Assembly: GCA_017484135.1 (NCBI GenBank)
Contig: JAFUTQ010000066.1
Coordinates: 754 to 64,753, forward strand
DNA: 64,000 nt
DNA from: Lachnospiraceae bacterium
Lineage (GTDB): Bacteria; Bacillota; Clostridia; Lachnospirales; Lachnospiraceae
Direction of reading: 5' to 3'
Each line of letters begins with the position of its first letter. Positions within the stretch are counted from its first letter, which is position 1. Positions 8,563 to 18,499 of the stretch are shown here, piece by piece. The notes beneath the pieces were generated by a model. The model made no database searches, was not told where the DNA came from, and saw only the letters and a list, made by a program, of their open reading frames with translations. A program made the translations under genes and the position numbers.

Positions 8563-8737
8563 TGATTTTTTTTAAGTGATTGGAGGGGCAAAAGACGCAC
8601 ATCGTGAAACGATGTGCACACTTTGTGAAAGAAATCTCTGGGGAGAGCCAGCTTTCCCCAGAGATTTCTTTCACAAAGAGTCAATGCCGACTATGTCGGC
8701 ATGACCTTTTGCCCCTCCAATCACTTGAAAAAAATCA
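8563..8737 (+). repeat. Four-way-junction palindromic element, copy A
   Basis: Outer stem, hairpin CACATCGT-GAA-ACGATGTG (8597-8617), long central hairpin (8621-8678), hairpin ATGCCGAC-TAT-GTCGGCAT (8684-8702). Confidence 0.88.
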
Positions 8738-8764
8738 CATCATTGCATGAATACAAATCAGCAC

Positions 8765-8793
8765 TTCTAAAAAAACATGCTCCCGCATAAAAT
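8765..8793 (+). promoter_or_regulatory. Putative SigE promoter of spoIIP
   Basis: TTCTAAA-14 nt-CATAAAAT just upstream of the spoIIP start. Confidence 0.5.
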
Positions 8794-8798
8794 ATACT

Positions 8799-10085
8799 AT
8801 GAAAGTGAAAAAAAAGTCCGGGAAAAAACCGCTTACAGTTATAATAGGTGGGCTTCTTTGCGGAGTGGCATTCCTATGTCTGTTTCAGAATGAAAAAACA
8901 GGCACCCGGTTGTCAGCAACGCTGATGAATCGGCTGCAGCTGACAATGGACAGACAATATGTGCCGCAGCTTACATTTGTGGCGCAGGGACGGGATGAGA
9001 AAACCCTGTCAGAGGTACTATATGATCAGATAGAGGAGCATATTCCCCTGTGGTCATATGTCCGAAAAACAGGAAGCTACAAAACGCAGGCGGAAAGCAC
9101 TCTTTCTTATGAAGAAATTATGGCTCTGGAGGGGAAAGACGAGCCAGAGGTGTCTGCGGATGTGCTGCAGGCAGCCGCGCAGGAAAATGCACAGATGGTG
9201 GCACAGGAGGCTGTAGCGGAAAATGAGCAGATCGTGGCACAGGAGGCCGCAGCGCAAAATGCGCAGGCAGTATCGCAGGTGGCACAGCAGATCGCGGCAG
9301 AGGAAGGCCTTTCTGACGGAAAGGTGCAGGAAATTTCCAGAGAAAAGCTGAATGATTTTGATTACCTGATTCAAAACTTTTACACCGTAGACAGTACGAC
9401 GACCATTACAGGCAGCCAGTTAAATGCCGCAGAGCTTTTGGGGAGAGATCTGACGCTTATCACACCGTCGGATCAGCCGCAAATCTTGATTTATCACACC
9501 CATTCCCAGGAAATGTTTGCGGATTCTGATCCCAATGACGTGATGACCGGTGTGATGGGAGCTGGGGAATATCTGAAGCAGCTGCTGGAGGAGCAGTACG
9601 GATTTAATGTCATACATCACATGGGGCAGTACGATGTGGGTGACCGGGATCACGCATATTCGAACGCGGAGGAGCCCATTCAAAAAATTTTAGAGGAAAA
9701 TCCCAGTATCGAGGTGGTCATTGACCTGCACCGGGATTCTGTTGAAAAACACATGGTGCGTGAGGTAAATGGGGTAGAGATGGCGCCGATTATGTTTTTT
9801 AACGGGCTCAGCTATACCAACACGCTGGGAAATATTACCTATTTAGATAACCCGAATCTGGAAGGAAATCTTGCCTTTTCCATGCAGATGCAGATCGCGG
9901 CGGCGGAGTATTATCCCAATCTGACACGACCGATTTATCTGAAGGGGTATCGTTATAATATGCATTTTCGAGAAAAAACACTGCTCATTGAGATGGGCTC
10001 CTACACGAATACGCAGGAGGAAATCTATCGTTCGCTGGTGCCCCTGGCGGATTTGCTGAATAAGGTTTTGCACGGGACGCAATAG
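8799..10085 (+). CDS. spoIIP: Stage II sporulation protein P
   Basis: ILIYHTHSQE, IDLHRD, YNMH...LLIEMG. Located downstream of gpr. Confidence 0.93.
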   Translation: MKVKKKSGKKPLTVIIGGLLCGVAFLCLFQNEKTGTRLSATLMNRLQLTMDRQYVPQLTFVAQGRDEKTLSEVLYDQIEEHIPLWSYVRKTGSYKTQAESTLSYEEIMALEGKDEPEVSADVLQAAAQENAQMVAQEAVAENEQIVAQEAAAQNAQAVSQVAQQIAAEEGLSDGKVQEISREKLNDFDYLIQNFYTVDSTTTITGSQLNAAELLGRDLTLITPSDQPQILIYHTHSQEMFADSDPNDVMTGVMGAGEYLKQLLEEQYGFNVIHHMGQYDVGDRDHAYSNAEEPIQKILEENPSIEVVIDLHRDSVEKHMVREVNGVEMAPIMFFNGLSYTNTLGNITYLDNPNLEGNLAFSMQMQIAAAEYYPNLTRPIYLKGYRYNMHFREKTLLIEMGSYTNTQEEIYRSLVPLADLLNKVLHGTQ

Positions 10086-10111
10086 AGCTTTACGGATGAA
10101 TTTGGCGAAAA

Positions 10112-10281
10112 GATTTGAGGGGGGATTTGAGGTGGAAAAAGGTCAAGCCGACGTAGTCGGCATTGACTCTTTGCACAAAAACCGCTTCGAAAAGCAAGCT
10201 TTCCGCAACGGTTTTTTGTGTAAAGGGTTCCCATCGTTTCACGATGGGAGCCTTTTTCCCACTCAAATCCCCCCTCAAATC
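10112..10281 (-). repeat. Four-way-junction palindromic element, copy B (inverted)
   Basis: GCCGACGTAGTCGGC and CCCATCGTTTCACGATGGG hairpins in reverse order, with a different but paired outer stem. Confidence 0.88.
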
Positions 10282-10357
10282 AAAAAATACACTTGCATAT
10301 CACAAATTACTTGATAAAATAAAGAAGTACGCACAAATGAAGGAATGAGATCGCCAT

Positions 10358-11695
10358 ATGGAATTTTCAAGTTTGCTGTTTATTTTTCGGTTTCTGCCGA
10401 TTTTTCTGCTCCTATATTATCTGGTGCCGGATCGATGGAAGAATCCGGTGCTTTTTGCCGGAAGTATTGTCTTTTATGCCATGGGAAGCTGGCAGGATGC
10501 CATTCTGCTGCTGTTGTCTCTGAGCCTGAACTATGCACTGACCCTGGTCATGGACAGGGAGAATGGTTCTGTTGTATGGCGGAGAGTCTGGATGATTTTG
10601 CTGGTAATCTGTGACGTGGGAGTGCTGTGCTTTTATAAATTTTATGTCCGGATGCTGCCTCTGGGCATCAGCTTTTATACCTTTACGATTTTGTCTTATG
10701 TGCTGGATGTGTATCAGGGCAGGGAACGCGCAGAACGAAACTATATTCGGGCAGGCACCTATGTCATGATGTTTCCGAAACTGATTTCCGGTCCGATTGC
10801 ATCTTTTCGGGAGACGATCGGAGCGGTTCGCAGCAGGACGCATGATGTGGAAAAAATTGAGCATGGAGTGTCCTTGCTGATTGTGGGGCTTATTTATAAG
10901 GTAATCATTGCCGATCGTCTGGCAGCCCTGTGGAAGGATATACAGACCGTCGGATTTGAAAGCATTTCCACGCCGCTGGCATGGCTGGGGATTGTGGGAT
11001 ATTCCGCACAGCTTTTTTTTGATTTTCAAGGGTACAGTATGATGGCGGTGGGTCTGGGGGAGATGCTCGGTTTTTCGCTGCCGCACAATTTCAATCATCC
11101 CTATCGCGCGATCAGCGTGGGAGATTACTATCGGCGATGGCATAGGACGTTGGGGGCATGGTTCAAAGATTATCTGTACATCCCCTTGGGCGGCAACCGG
11201 AAAGGGAAGCTGCGTACCTGTTTGAACCTGTTTATCGTGTGGGTGGTTACGGGAATCTGGCACGGAGATACTTGGAATTTCCTTCTGTGGGCATTGGCGC
11301 TCTATGGATTGATTGTTCTGGAAAAACTGGGAATGCGTCGGTGGCTGGAGCGCTTTCCGGGGATTGGACACGCCTATATCCTGTTTTTCATGCCTTTGAC
11401 GTGGCTGATCTTTGCGGTAAAGGATATCGGGCAGCTGGGAATCTATTTTTCACGCTTGTTTCCGTTTTTCGGAAATGGAATTGCGGTTAATAAGATGGAT
11501 TATCTGCAGCGATGCAAAAATTACGGACCGTTTCTGATCCTTGCGCTGCTGGTTTCCATGCCGTTTGCAGATAAGCTGTGGAAAAAATACTGGAATAAGA
11601 TATGGATGAAGATGCTTCTGTTTGTATGCTTCTGGATTTGTGTCTGGATGCTTGCAAAGGGAAATCAGAATCCGTTTTTGTATTTTGTTTTTTAG
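10358..11695 (+). CDS. MBOAT-family O-acyltransferase (AlgI/DltB-like)
   Basis: LPLGISFYTF, FPKLISGPI, FDFQGYS.MA.GLG, NF.HPY, RRWH.TLG.WFKDYLYIPLGGNR, TGIWHG. Confidence 0.95.
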   Translation: MEFSSLLFIFRFLPIFLLLYYLVPDRWKNPVLFAGSIVFYAMGSWQDAILLLLSLSLNYALTLVMDRENGSVVWRRVWMILLVICDVGVLCFYKFYVRMLPLGISFYTFTILSYVLDVYQGRERAERNYIRAGTYVMMFPKLISGPIASFRETIGAVRSRTHDVEKIEHGVSLLIVGLIYKVIIADRLAALWKDIQTVGFESISTPLAWLGIVGYSAQLFFDFQGYSMMAVGLGEMLGFSLPHNFNHPYRAISVGDYYRRWHRTLGAWFKDYLYIPLGGNRKGKLRTCLNLFIVWVVTGIWHGDTWNFLLWALALYGLIVLEKLGMRRWLERFPGIGHAYILFFMPLTWLIFAVKDIGQLGIYFSRLFPFFGNGIAVNKMDYLQRCKNYGPFLILALLVSMPFADKLWKKYWNKIWMKMLLFVCFWICVWMLAKGNQNPFLYFVF

Positions 11696-11707
11696 CGGAG
11701 GGTAACA

Positions 11708-12646
11708 ATGAAAAAATGGAAGAAAGCGCCGCTTTTGTGCTGTCTGGCAGTCAGTATGCTGGCAGTCGTGGTGGCTGCGCTTGTTGGGAAGTGGGGAATT
11801 TATAAAGGATATGTACCAATTCTGAAAAATGATTCTGCGGTTGCCGGATTTATCGAGGCAGTTTCTGATTGGAATATTTTGCAGGGCGGTTCACAGAAAC
11901 AGGGCCCGGATGACGGGGGAGCGGATCCGGCGGATATAGAGCAGGATGCCACAGAGCGCATGATCGCAGAAGCAGAGGAGACAACGGAGACGGAAACAGA
12001 GGTGCCTGCAGAAGGGGAAGCGGAAATGCCGGAGGAGCAGAGCTATGAGTTTACAGAGGTAACACGGGAGTATTTTGACGATGCGTTGTTTATCGGAGAT
12101 TCCCGGACGGTGGGACTTAAGGACTATTCGGGATGGGATAATGCCACCTATTACGCCAGTGTGGGACTGACGATTTACGATTTGTTTACGGAGCCGGTTG
12201 CAGAGAGAAACGGGAGGAAAATAACCATTGAGCAGGCGCTTTCCGAGGAGCAATTCGGAAAAATCTATTTAATGGTGGGGATCAACGAGATGGGAACCGG
12301 GACGATTGATACGTTCATGACAGCGTATGAGGAGGCGGTGCAGCATTTGCGTGAGCTGCAGCCGGATGCACTGATCTTTTTGGAGGGAATCATGTATGTG
12401 AAGCAAAGCCGTTCCGACCGGGATCAGATTTTCAATAACCCCGCCATACAGGCAAGGAACGACCGGATTGCGGCACTTGCAAATAACCGGGATATATTTT
12501 ATATTGATGTAAATGAGGTAATGCTGGATGAGACTGGAAATCTGAATCCGGAATATACCTATGACGAGGTTCATCTGCTGGGAAAATACTATTACGTTTG
12601 GACGGATTTTCTCCTGCAGCATGGAGTTGAGGAGGAAGCCCAATGA
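11708..12646 (+). CDS. Membrane-anchored SGNH/GDSL hydrolase
   Basis: FIGDSRT, MVGINE, DEVHL catalytic blocks. N-terminal TM and acidic linker. Confidence 0.88.
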   Translation: MKKWKKAPLLCCLAVSMLAVVVAALVGKWGIYKGYVPILKNDSAVAGFIEAVSDWNILQGGSQKQGPDDGGADPADIEQDATERMIAEAEETTETETEVPAEGEAEMPEEQSYEFTEVTREYFDDALFIGDSRTVGLKDYSGWDNATYYASVGLTIYDLFTEPVAERNGRKITIEQALSEEQFGKIYLMVGINEMGTGTIDTFMTAYEEAVQHLRELQPDALIFLEGIMYVKQSRSDRDQIFNNPAIQARNDRIAALANNRDIFYIDVNEVMLDETGNLNPEYTYDEVHLLGKYYYVWTDFLLQHGVEEEAQ

Positions 12647-12807
12647 GCGAAGCTCATTTCGGAATGGCTGCCGACGACTTGGCAGGTGCCGCATAGCGGC
12701 GCGTGCCGATACGTTATAAGAGGAGGAAGCCCAATGAGCGAAGCTCATTTCGGAATGGCTGCCGACGACTTGGCAGGTGCCGCGCAGCGGCGCGTGCCGA
12801 TACGTTA
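12629..12807. repeat. 91-bp tandem duplication of a hairpin-rich REP-like unit
   Basis: Copies start at 12629 and 12720 and differ only at a hairpin loop (ATA vs GCA). Each unit contains AATGAGC-GAA-GCTCATT, CTGCCGA..TTGGCAG and GCCGC-NNN-GCGGC. Confidence 0.9.
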
Positions 12808-12825
12808 AAAAAGGAGTAAATATAG

Positions 12826-14637
12826 ATGGCAACGGATCAGAAGAAGATCAGAAATTTTTGTATCATCGCGCATATCGACCATGGAAAGTCTACACTGGCA
12901 GACCGTATCATTGAGATGACAGGGCTTCTGACCAGCAGGGAGATGCAGGCACAGGTACTCGACAATATGGAACTGGAGCGCGAACGCGGAATTACGATCA
13001 AGTCTCAGGCGGTTCGGATCATATACAAGGCACAGGATGGGGAGGAGTATATTCTGAACCTGATTGACACGCCGGGACATGTAGATTTTACCTATGAGGT
13101 TTCCCGCTCGCTGGCCGCGTGTGACGGTGCGGTGCTGGTGGTGGATGCGGCGCAGGGGGTGGAGGCGCAGACACTGGCAAATGTCTACCTGGCGCTGGAT
13201 CATGATCTGGAGGTTATTCCGGTCATCAACAAGATTGATCTGCCCGGCGCCCGGCCGGATGAGGTGGCAGATGAGATTGAGGATGTGATCGGTTTGGAAG
13301 CGCAGAATGCACCCCGTATCTCGGCCAAAACCGGTCTGAATGTAGAACAGGTGCTGGAGGCAATTGTACACCGGCTTCCGGCGCCCAAGGGAGATACGGC
13401 GGCTCCGCTGCAGGCTCTGATTTTTGACTCGGTTTATGATTCCTACAAGGGCGTGATTGTATTCTGTCGTATCATGGAGGGAACCGTCCGTCCGGGAAGC
13501 ACGATCCGCATGATGGCTACGGGCTGCGTGGCGGATGTCGTGGAGGTGGGATACTTCGGCGCGGGACAGTTCATTCCCTGTGAGGAGCTTTCGGCAGGCA
13601 TGGTAGGGTATCTTACCGCGAGCTTAAAAAATGTCAAGGATACACGCGTGGGGGATACCATTACGGAGGCGGACAACCCGTGCAAAGCCCCCCTGCCGGG
13701 CTACAAAAAGGTAAATCCGATGGTGTATTGCGGGCTGTATCCGGCAGACGGAGCGAAATACCCGGATTTGAGGGATGCGCTGGAAAAGCTTCAGTTGAAT
13801 GATGCGGCCCTGCAGTATGAGGCGGAGACCTCCGTTGCGCTGGGCTTCGGATTTCGTTGCGGCTTTTTAGGTCTTCTGCATCTGGAGGTGATACAGGAAC
13901 GCTTAGAGCGCGAATTTAATCTGGATCTGGTCACGACGGCACCGGGCGTGGTTTATCACGTCTATAAAACCGACGGTACGCGGATTGAACTGACGAACCC
14001 TTCCAATCTGCCGGATCCCTCGGAGATCGATCATATGGAGGAGCCGATGGTCAGCGCCGAGATCATGGTAACCTCAGAATATGTGGGTGCAATCATGGAT
14101 TTGTGTCAGGAGCGGCGCGGAATCTACAAAAGCATGGAATACATCGAGCAGACCCGGGCGGTGATCCGGTATGAGCTGCCCTTAAACGAGATTATCTACG
14201 ACTTTTTTGACGCGCTCAAATCCCGCTCCAGAGGCTATGCGTCCTTTGATTATGAGATGAGCGGATATCGGCGGTCGGAGCTGGTAAAGCTGGATATCCT
14301 GATCAATCGGGAGGAGGTGGATGCCCTGTCGTTTATCGTGTTTAAGGACACTGCATACGAGCGGGGCAGGAGGATGTGTGAAAAGTTAAAGGGGGAGATC
14401 CCCCGGCATCTTTTTGAGATTCCGATACAGGCGGCGGTCGGCAGCAAGGTCATCGCGCGGGAGACCATCAAGGCCATGCGGAAGGATGTGCTGGCAAAAT
14501 GCTATGGTGGGGATATTACCCGTAAGCGGAAGCTTTTGGAAAAGCAAAAGGAAGGAAAGAAGCGTATGCGGCAGATCGGAAATGTGGAGATTCCGCAGGC
14601 TGCCTTTATGAGTGTATTAAAATTGGACGAGGATTAA
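12826..14637 (+). CDS. lepA: Elongation factor 4 (LepA)
   Basis: [51 protein letters not shown]. Confidence 0.98.
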   Translation: MATDQKKIRNFCIIAHIDHGKSTLADRIIEMTGLLTSREMQAQVLDNMELERERGITIKSQAVRIIYKAQDGEEYILNLIDTPGHVDFTYEVSRSLAACDGAVLVVDAAQGVEAQTLANVYLALDHDLEVIPVINKIDLPGARPDEVADEIEDVIGLEAQNAPRISAKTGLNVEQVLEAIVHRLPAPKGDTAAPLQALIFDSVYDSYKGVIVFCRIMEGTVRPGSTIRMMATGCVADVVEVGYFGAGQFIPCEELSAGMVGYLTASLKNVKDTRVGDTITEADNPCKAPLPGYKKVNPMVYCGLYPADGAKYPDLRDALEKLQLNDAALQYEAETSVALGFGFRCGFLGLLHLEVIQERLEREFNLDLVTTAPGVVYHVYKTDGTRIELTNPSNLPDPSEIDHMEEPMVSAEIMVTSEYVGAIMDLCQERRGIYKSMEYIEQTRAVIRYELPLNEIIYDFFDALKSRSRGYASFDYEMSGYRRSELVKLDILINREEVDALSFIVFKDTAYERGRRMCEKLKGEIPRHLFEIPIQAAVGSKVIARETIKAMRKDVLAKCYGGDITRKRKLLEKQKEGKKRMRQIGNVEIPQAAFMSVLKLDED

Positions 14638-14640
14638 CCC

Positions 14641-15870
14641 ATGGAGCTTTATGTGCATATTCCCTTTTGTGAAAAAAAATGTGCATATTGTGATTTCTTA
14701 TCAGCACCCGCAAACGAAGAAACGCAGCGACGTTATGTTGGTGCTCTTTTGCGTGAGATTCGGTTTTACGGAGAACAGTTCGAGCGACCGAGGCTGGACT
14801 CTGTTTACATTGGAGGGGGAACTCCGAGCCTTCTGAAAAAGGAATATATGGAGCTGATTTTAAAACAGATCCAGATCAGCTTTGCGGTCGTGTACGGCGC
14901 GGAGGTGACGATGGAGTGTAATCCCGGAACAGCCAATCGGGAAAAGCTGACCAGCTATCAAAAATCCGGCATCAATCGGCTCAGTATCGGACTGCAGTCG
15001 GTATATGACTATGAATTGCAGCTTCTGGGAAGGATTCATAATTTTCGGGATTTTCTGCACACCTATGAGATGGCAAGACAGACCGGATTTCAAAATATCA
15101 ATGTGGATCTGATGAGTGCACTGCCCCATCAGACGGTGGAAAAGTTTACGGCAGGGCTGGAGCGGGTGGCACGTTTGAAGCCGGAACACATTTCCGTCTA
15201 TTCCCTGATGATCGAGGAGGGAACGCCGTTCTATGAGAGTTATGCAGAGGACGCGCGGAGACGGGCGGCAGGCGGGATTCCCATGCAGCTGCCGTCCGAG
15301 GAGACAGAGCTTGAGATCGGCAGGCAGACTGCGGAGATACTTGCCTCCTTCGGATATGAGCATTACGAGGTTTCCAATTATGCCAGACCAGGCTGTGCGA
15401 GCCGCCACAATATCGGCTACTGGAGGCGCGAGCCCTATCTGGGCGTGGGGCTGGGTGCTGCCTCCCTGCTGCGGCGCTCGGATGTTCGCTACAGCAACAC
15501 GACGGAGCTGGAGAAATACATCCGTACCTGTGAAAATATTAAGCTGCTGCAAAAGGAGGTATCGCTGACCAGACGGAAAAAACAGATGCTTCCGTATACG
15601 AATCTCCATGCAGTCGCAGAATACGTCAGCCGGCGGGCACAGATCGAGGAATTTATGTTTCTGGGACTGCGTATGACGGAGGGGGTCACACGGAGGAGTT
15701 TTAAGGAACAGTTTGACGTGGAAATTGAAGCGGTTTACCCAGAGGCATTACATACATTGTCCGAACAGGGACTGTTGGAAATGAGAGCGGGGATTATAAA
15801 ATTAACGGAACGAGGAATGGAGCTCAGCAACTATGTGCTGGCGAATTTTTTGTTGGACACGGATGGATGA
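14641..15870 (+). CDS. hemW: Radical SAM heme chaperone HemW (HemN-like)
   Basis: LYVHIPFCEKKCAYCDF, GGGTPS, HYEVSNYA. Follows lepA. Confidence 0.9.
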   Translation: MELYVHIPFCEKKCAYCDFLSAPANEETQRRYVGALLREIRFYGEQFERPRLDSVYIGGGTPSLLKKEYMELILKQIQISFAVVYGAEVTMECNPGTANREKLTSYQKSGINRLSIGLQSVYDYELQLLGRIHNFRDFLHTYEMARQTGFQNINVDLMSALPHQTVEKFTAGLERVARLKPEHISVYSLMIEEGTPFYESYAEDARRRAAGGIPMQLPSEETELEIGRQTAEILASFGYEHYEVSNYARPGCASRHNIGYWRREPYLGVGLGAASLLRRSDVRYSNTTELEKYIRTCENIKLLQKEVSLTRRKKQMLPYTNLHAVAEYVSRRAQIEEFMFLGLRMTEGVTRRSFKEQFDVEIEAVYPEALHTLSEQGLLEMRAGIIKLTERGMELSNYVLANFLLDTDG

Positions 15871-15943
15871 ACCGTGTCCAAAGCTTGTTTTTGGGGAAAA
15901 AAAAGAGTATACTGAGGGCAAATAGTGGAAAAGGGGGCATAGC

Positions 15944-18460
15944 ATGAGATATATCCCGAAAAACAGGATCTGCAGTTGGATTCTTGCACTTTTGGCAGGG
16001 CTTCTTTTCACCGGGGGAGTCTGCATCCGGGAAACGGTGTGCGTCCGGGGAGAACAGCCGGAGACTGAAATAGAAACAGAAACTGAAACAGAAGCTGTGC
16101 TCCCGATTGAGGAGGAATTTTTCTATTCGGCTGCGGAGACCTCGGCAGTTGCAGAAACCTATCTGGGAAGCAGTGTGTCGCTGAGTGCGGGGAACTATCA
16201 GCGGTTTATTGACAGAGTGGCGCTTTCGGATTATGCGAAGCGCTTTTATCAGACTCTGGAGCAAAATACCAGCGGCACGAACAGCTTTTTGATCAATCCG
16301 GCCAATGGCAGCAGGCTTCCCGACGGAAGCTGCGTGGTGAATGTGGTTACCTTTACCGGAAGCCGGACAATGAACGAAAAGGAGGTTGCCGATGAGATTA
16401 TAGCTGCTTACAATGCCTTTGACCGGGATCATCCCGAGGTGTTCTGGCTGAACGGCAGCTGCATCGTAACATACACGGTGGATAAGAAAAAGAACGTGTA
16501 CGAACAGACCTTTTATTTTGTCTTAAAAAATGCCGCTTTCGATGTGAGAGATACCGCAACCTATCCCTCGGCGAACCGGATACAAAATGCAATCAGTGAA
16601 AGAGACCAGAATATCAATAAGATTCTTGCCGGAATGAATGCAGACACTGACCGGGTCGGCAAGGCGACCTATTTTAATTACTGGCTAACCAGTCACAACC
16701 AGTACAATACCATTGTGGGAATCGGTCTGACCGGATGGGCTCCAAACACGGCATGGGAGTGTGTATCGGCGCTGGAAGGGAACAGCGGGGTGAACGGGCC
16801 GGTCTGTGAGGGCTATGCAAGGGCATTTAAGGTTTTGTGCGACAGAGCGGGTATTCCCTGTGTTTTGGTGGATGGAGATGCAGGGCTTTCGGCGGCAACC
16901 GCCGGACCGCACATGTGGAACTATGTACAGCTGGAAAATGGCAGCTGGTATGCGGTGGATGTCACATGGAATGATCAGGCAGATCTGTTCGGGGAATCGG
17001 ACGGAACGGACGATTATCTTCTGGTGGGGGCGGATACGGTCATCAATGAGGTGCCCTTCCTTACCTCGCATCCGGAATCAAATACGGTGTCTTCGGATGG
17101 TGTGGCTTTCAGCAACGGGCCGCAGTTGTCCGAACAGGCATATGCAGCCGGAAAGATTCACAGTCTGCGCATATCGGTCACCGGAAGCGCGGCGTACGGT
17201 TATCAGAGCGGACCGGTGCTGACGGCGCAGGCCTATGACGCCGACGGGAAGGCGTTATCCGGGCTTACCTATGCATGGAAAATCGACGGAAATGTATATT
17301 CCGCAGAGGATGCGACCGGCAGACTCTCGTTTCCGGTCGGAAAAAATGCAGGAACCTACCGATGCGTGCTGACGGCGACTGCGGCAGAGGGATATGTGGG
17401 GCAAAACAGTGTCGAAGTCACGATCGCAAAGGCGGAGCCGGTTTATACGGTGCCCGCGGGACTTACAGCCACCTATGGCAGTACACTCGGAAATGTGACG
17501 CTCCCCGGGGTTGTGGCAGGAAACACGCCGGGCAGCTTCCACTGGGAGGCTCCCGGGACAATTGTGGGAAATGTAGGTACCGTCTGGCATAAGGCGGTAT
17601 TCACACCCACGGATTCGGTGAATTATCGTGAAGTGAAAGGAATTGACGTGGCGGTTCAGGTTCGACCGTGTAGCCACCCGGCGCTTGTACTCCGGAATCA
17701 GCGTGCAGCGGGCTGTACGGAGAACGGATACACGGGAGATCAGGTGTGCAGCTTCTGCGGAACCGTTGTACATACAGGGCAAAGCATCACGGCAGTGGGG
17801 CACAGCTTTGTCGCGCAAGTGACAAAGGAGCCTACTTACCGCGAAGAGGGGCTTACGACCTATACATGCGGCCGATGCGGAGAGACATACACGAGTCCGA
17901 TTGAGCGACTTCCGGCACAGGGTGTTTGGATGCTGGACGGAATAGGCTGGTGGTTTTTGAAAAATGACGGCACTTATCCGAGCAATGGCTGGAGTCTGGT
18001 TGAGGGGGAATGGTATGTCTTTGATGCGCAGGGATACATGCGTACCGGCTGGTATCAAAGTAACGGTCTGTGGTATTATCTGGGTCATGACGGTGTGATG
18101 AAAACCGGATGGATTTATGATCGCGGAAGCTGGTATTATCTGAATGCAGACGGAGTGATGCAGACCGGATGGCAGCAGATAGACGATGTGTGGTATTATT
18201 TTGACGGAAGCGGAGCCATGGCGGTGGGCTGGCGGCAGAGCGGCGGCAGGTGGTATTATCTGGGACCGGGCGGAGCGATGGTTACCGGCTGGCTGAAAAC
18301 CGGCGGGGAATGGTATTATCTGAGCGCAAGCGGAGCGATGCAGACCGGATGGCAGCAGGTAGGCGGGAGCTGGTACTATTTTTATACCAATGGAGCGATG
18401 GCTGTAAATACCCGGATTGGAAGCTATTCTGTGAATGCCAACGGGAGATGGAGCAGATAA
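15944..18460 (+). CDS. Secreted transglutaminase-like domain protein with cell-wall/choline-binding repeats
   Basis: Signal peptide, VCEGYARAF / HMWN / VDVTWND triad, Cys-rich CTENGYTGD..C..CG module, C-terminal WYY..G.M.TGW repeats. Confidence 0.85.
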   Translation: MRYIPKNRICSWILALLAGLLFTGGVCIRETVCVRGEQPETEIETETETEAVLPIEEEFFYSAAETSAVAETYLGSSVSLSAGNYQRFIDRVALSDYAKRFYQTLEQNTSGTNSFLINPANGSRLPDGSCVVNVVTFTGSRTMNEKEVADEIIAAYNAFDRDHPEVFWLNGSCIVTYTVDKKKNVYEQTFYFVLKNAAFDVRDTATYPSANRIQNAISERDQNINKILAGMNADTDRVGKATYFNYWLTSHNQYNTIVGIGLTGWAPNTAWECVSALEGNSGVNGPVCEGYARAFKVLCDRAGIPCVLVDGDAGLSAATAGPHMWNYVQLENGSWYAVDVTWNDQADLFGESDGTDDYLLVGADTVINEVPFLTSHPESNTVSSDGVAFSNGPQLSEQAYAAGKIHSLRISVTGSAAYGYQSGPVLTAQAYDADGKALSGLTYAWKIDGNVYSAEDATGRLSFPVGKNAGTYRCVLTATAAEGYVGQNSVEVTIAKAEPVYTVPAGLTATYGSTLGNVTLPGVVAGNTPGSFHWEAPGTIVGNVGTVWHKAVFTPTDSVNYREVKGIDVAVQVRPCSHPALVLRNQRAAGCTENGYTGDQVCSFCGTVVHTGQSITAVGHSFVAQVTKEPTYREEGLTTYTCGRCGETYTSPIERLPAQGVWMLDGIGWWFLKNDGTYPSNGWSLVEGEWYVFDAQGYMRTGWYQSNGLWYYLGHDGVMKTGWIYDRGSWYYLNADGVMQTGWQQIDDVWYYFDGSGAMAVGWRQSGGRWYYLGPGGAMVTGWLKTGGEWYYLSASGAMQTGWQQVGGSWYYFYTNGAMAVNTRIGSYSVNANGRWSR

Positions 18461-18499
18461 AATTATAAAATAAAAAACGGAGGAAAGCGAGGAAACAGA

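Noticed and set aside
9170-9300. 11-aa A/Q/E-rich repeats in SpoIIP, and a GAAGPDM duplication in the DnaK tail (~27460-27503)
   Set aside because: Ordinary low-complexity linker expansions.
10025-10348. Short ORFs over element copy B, and similar ORFs at 28636-29059 and 43552-44293
   Set aside because: They arise from the palindromic repeat; the shared VNADYVG peptide simply reflects the conserved hairpin.
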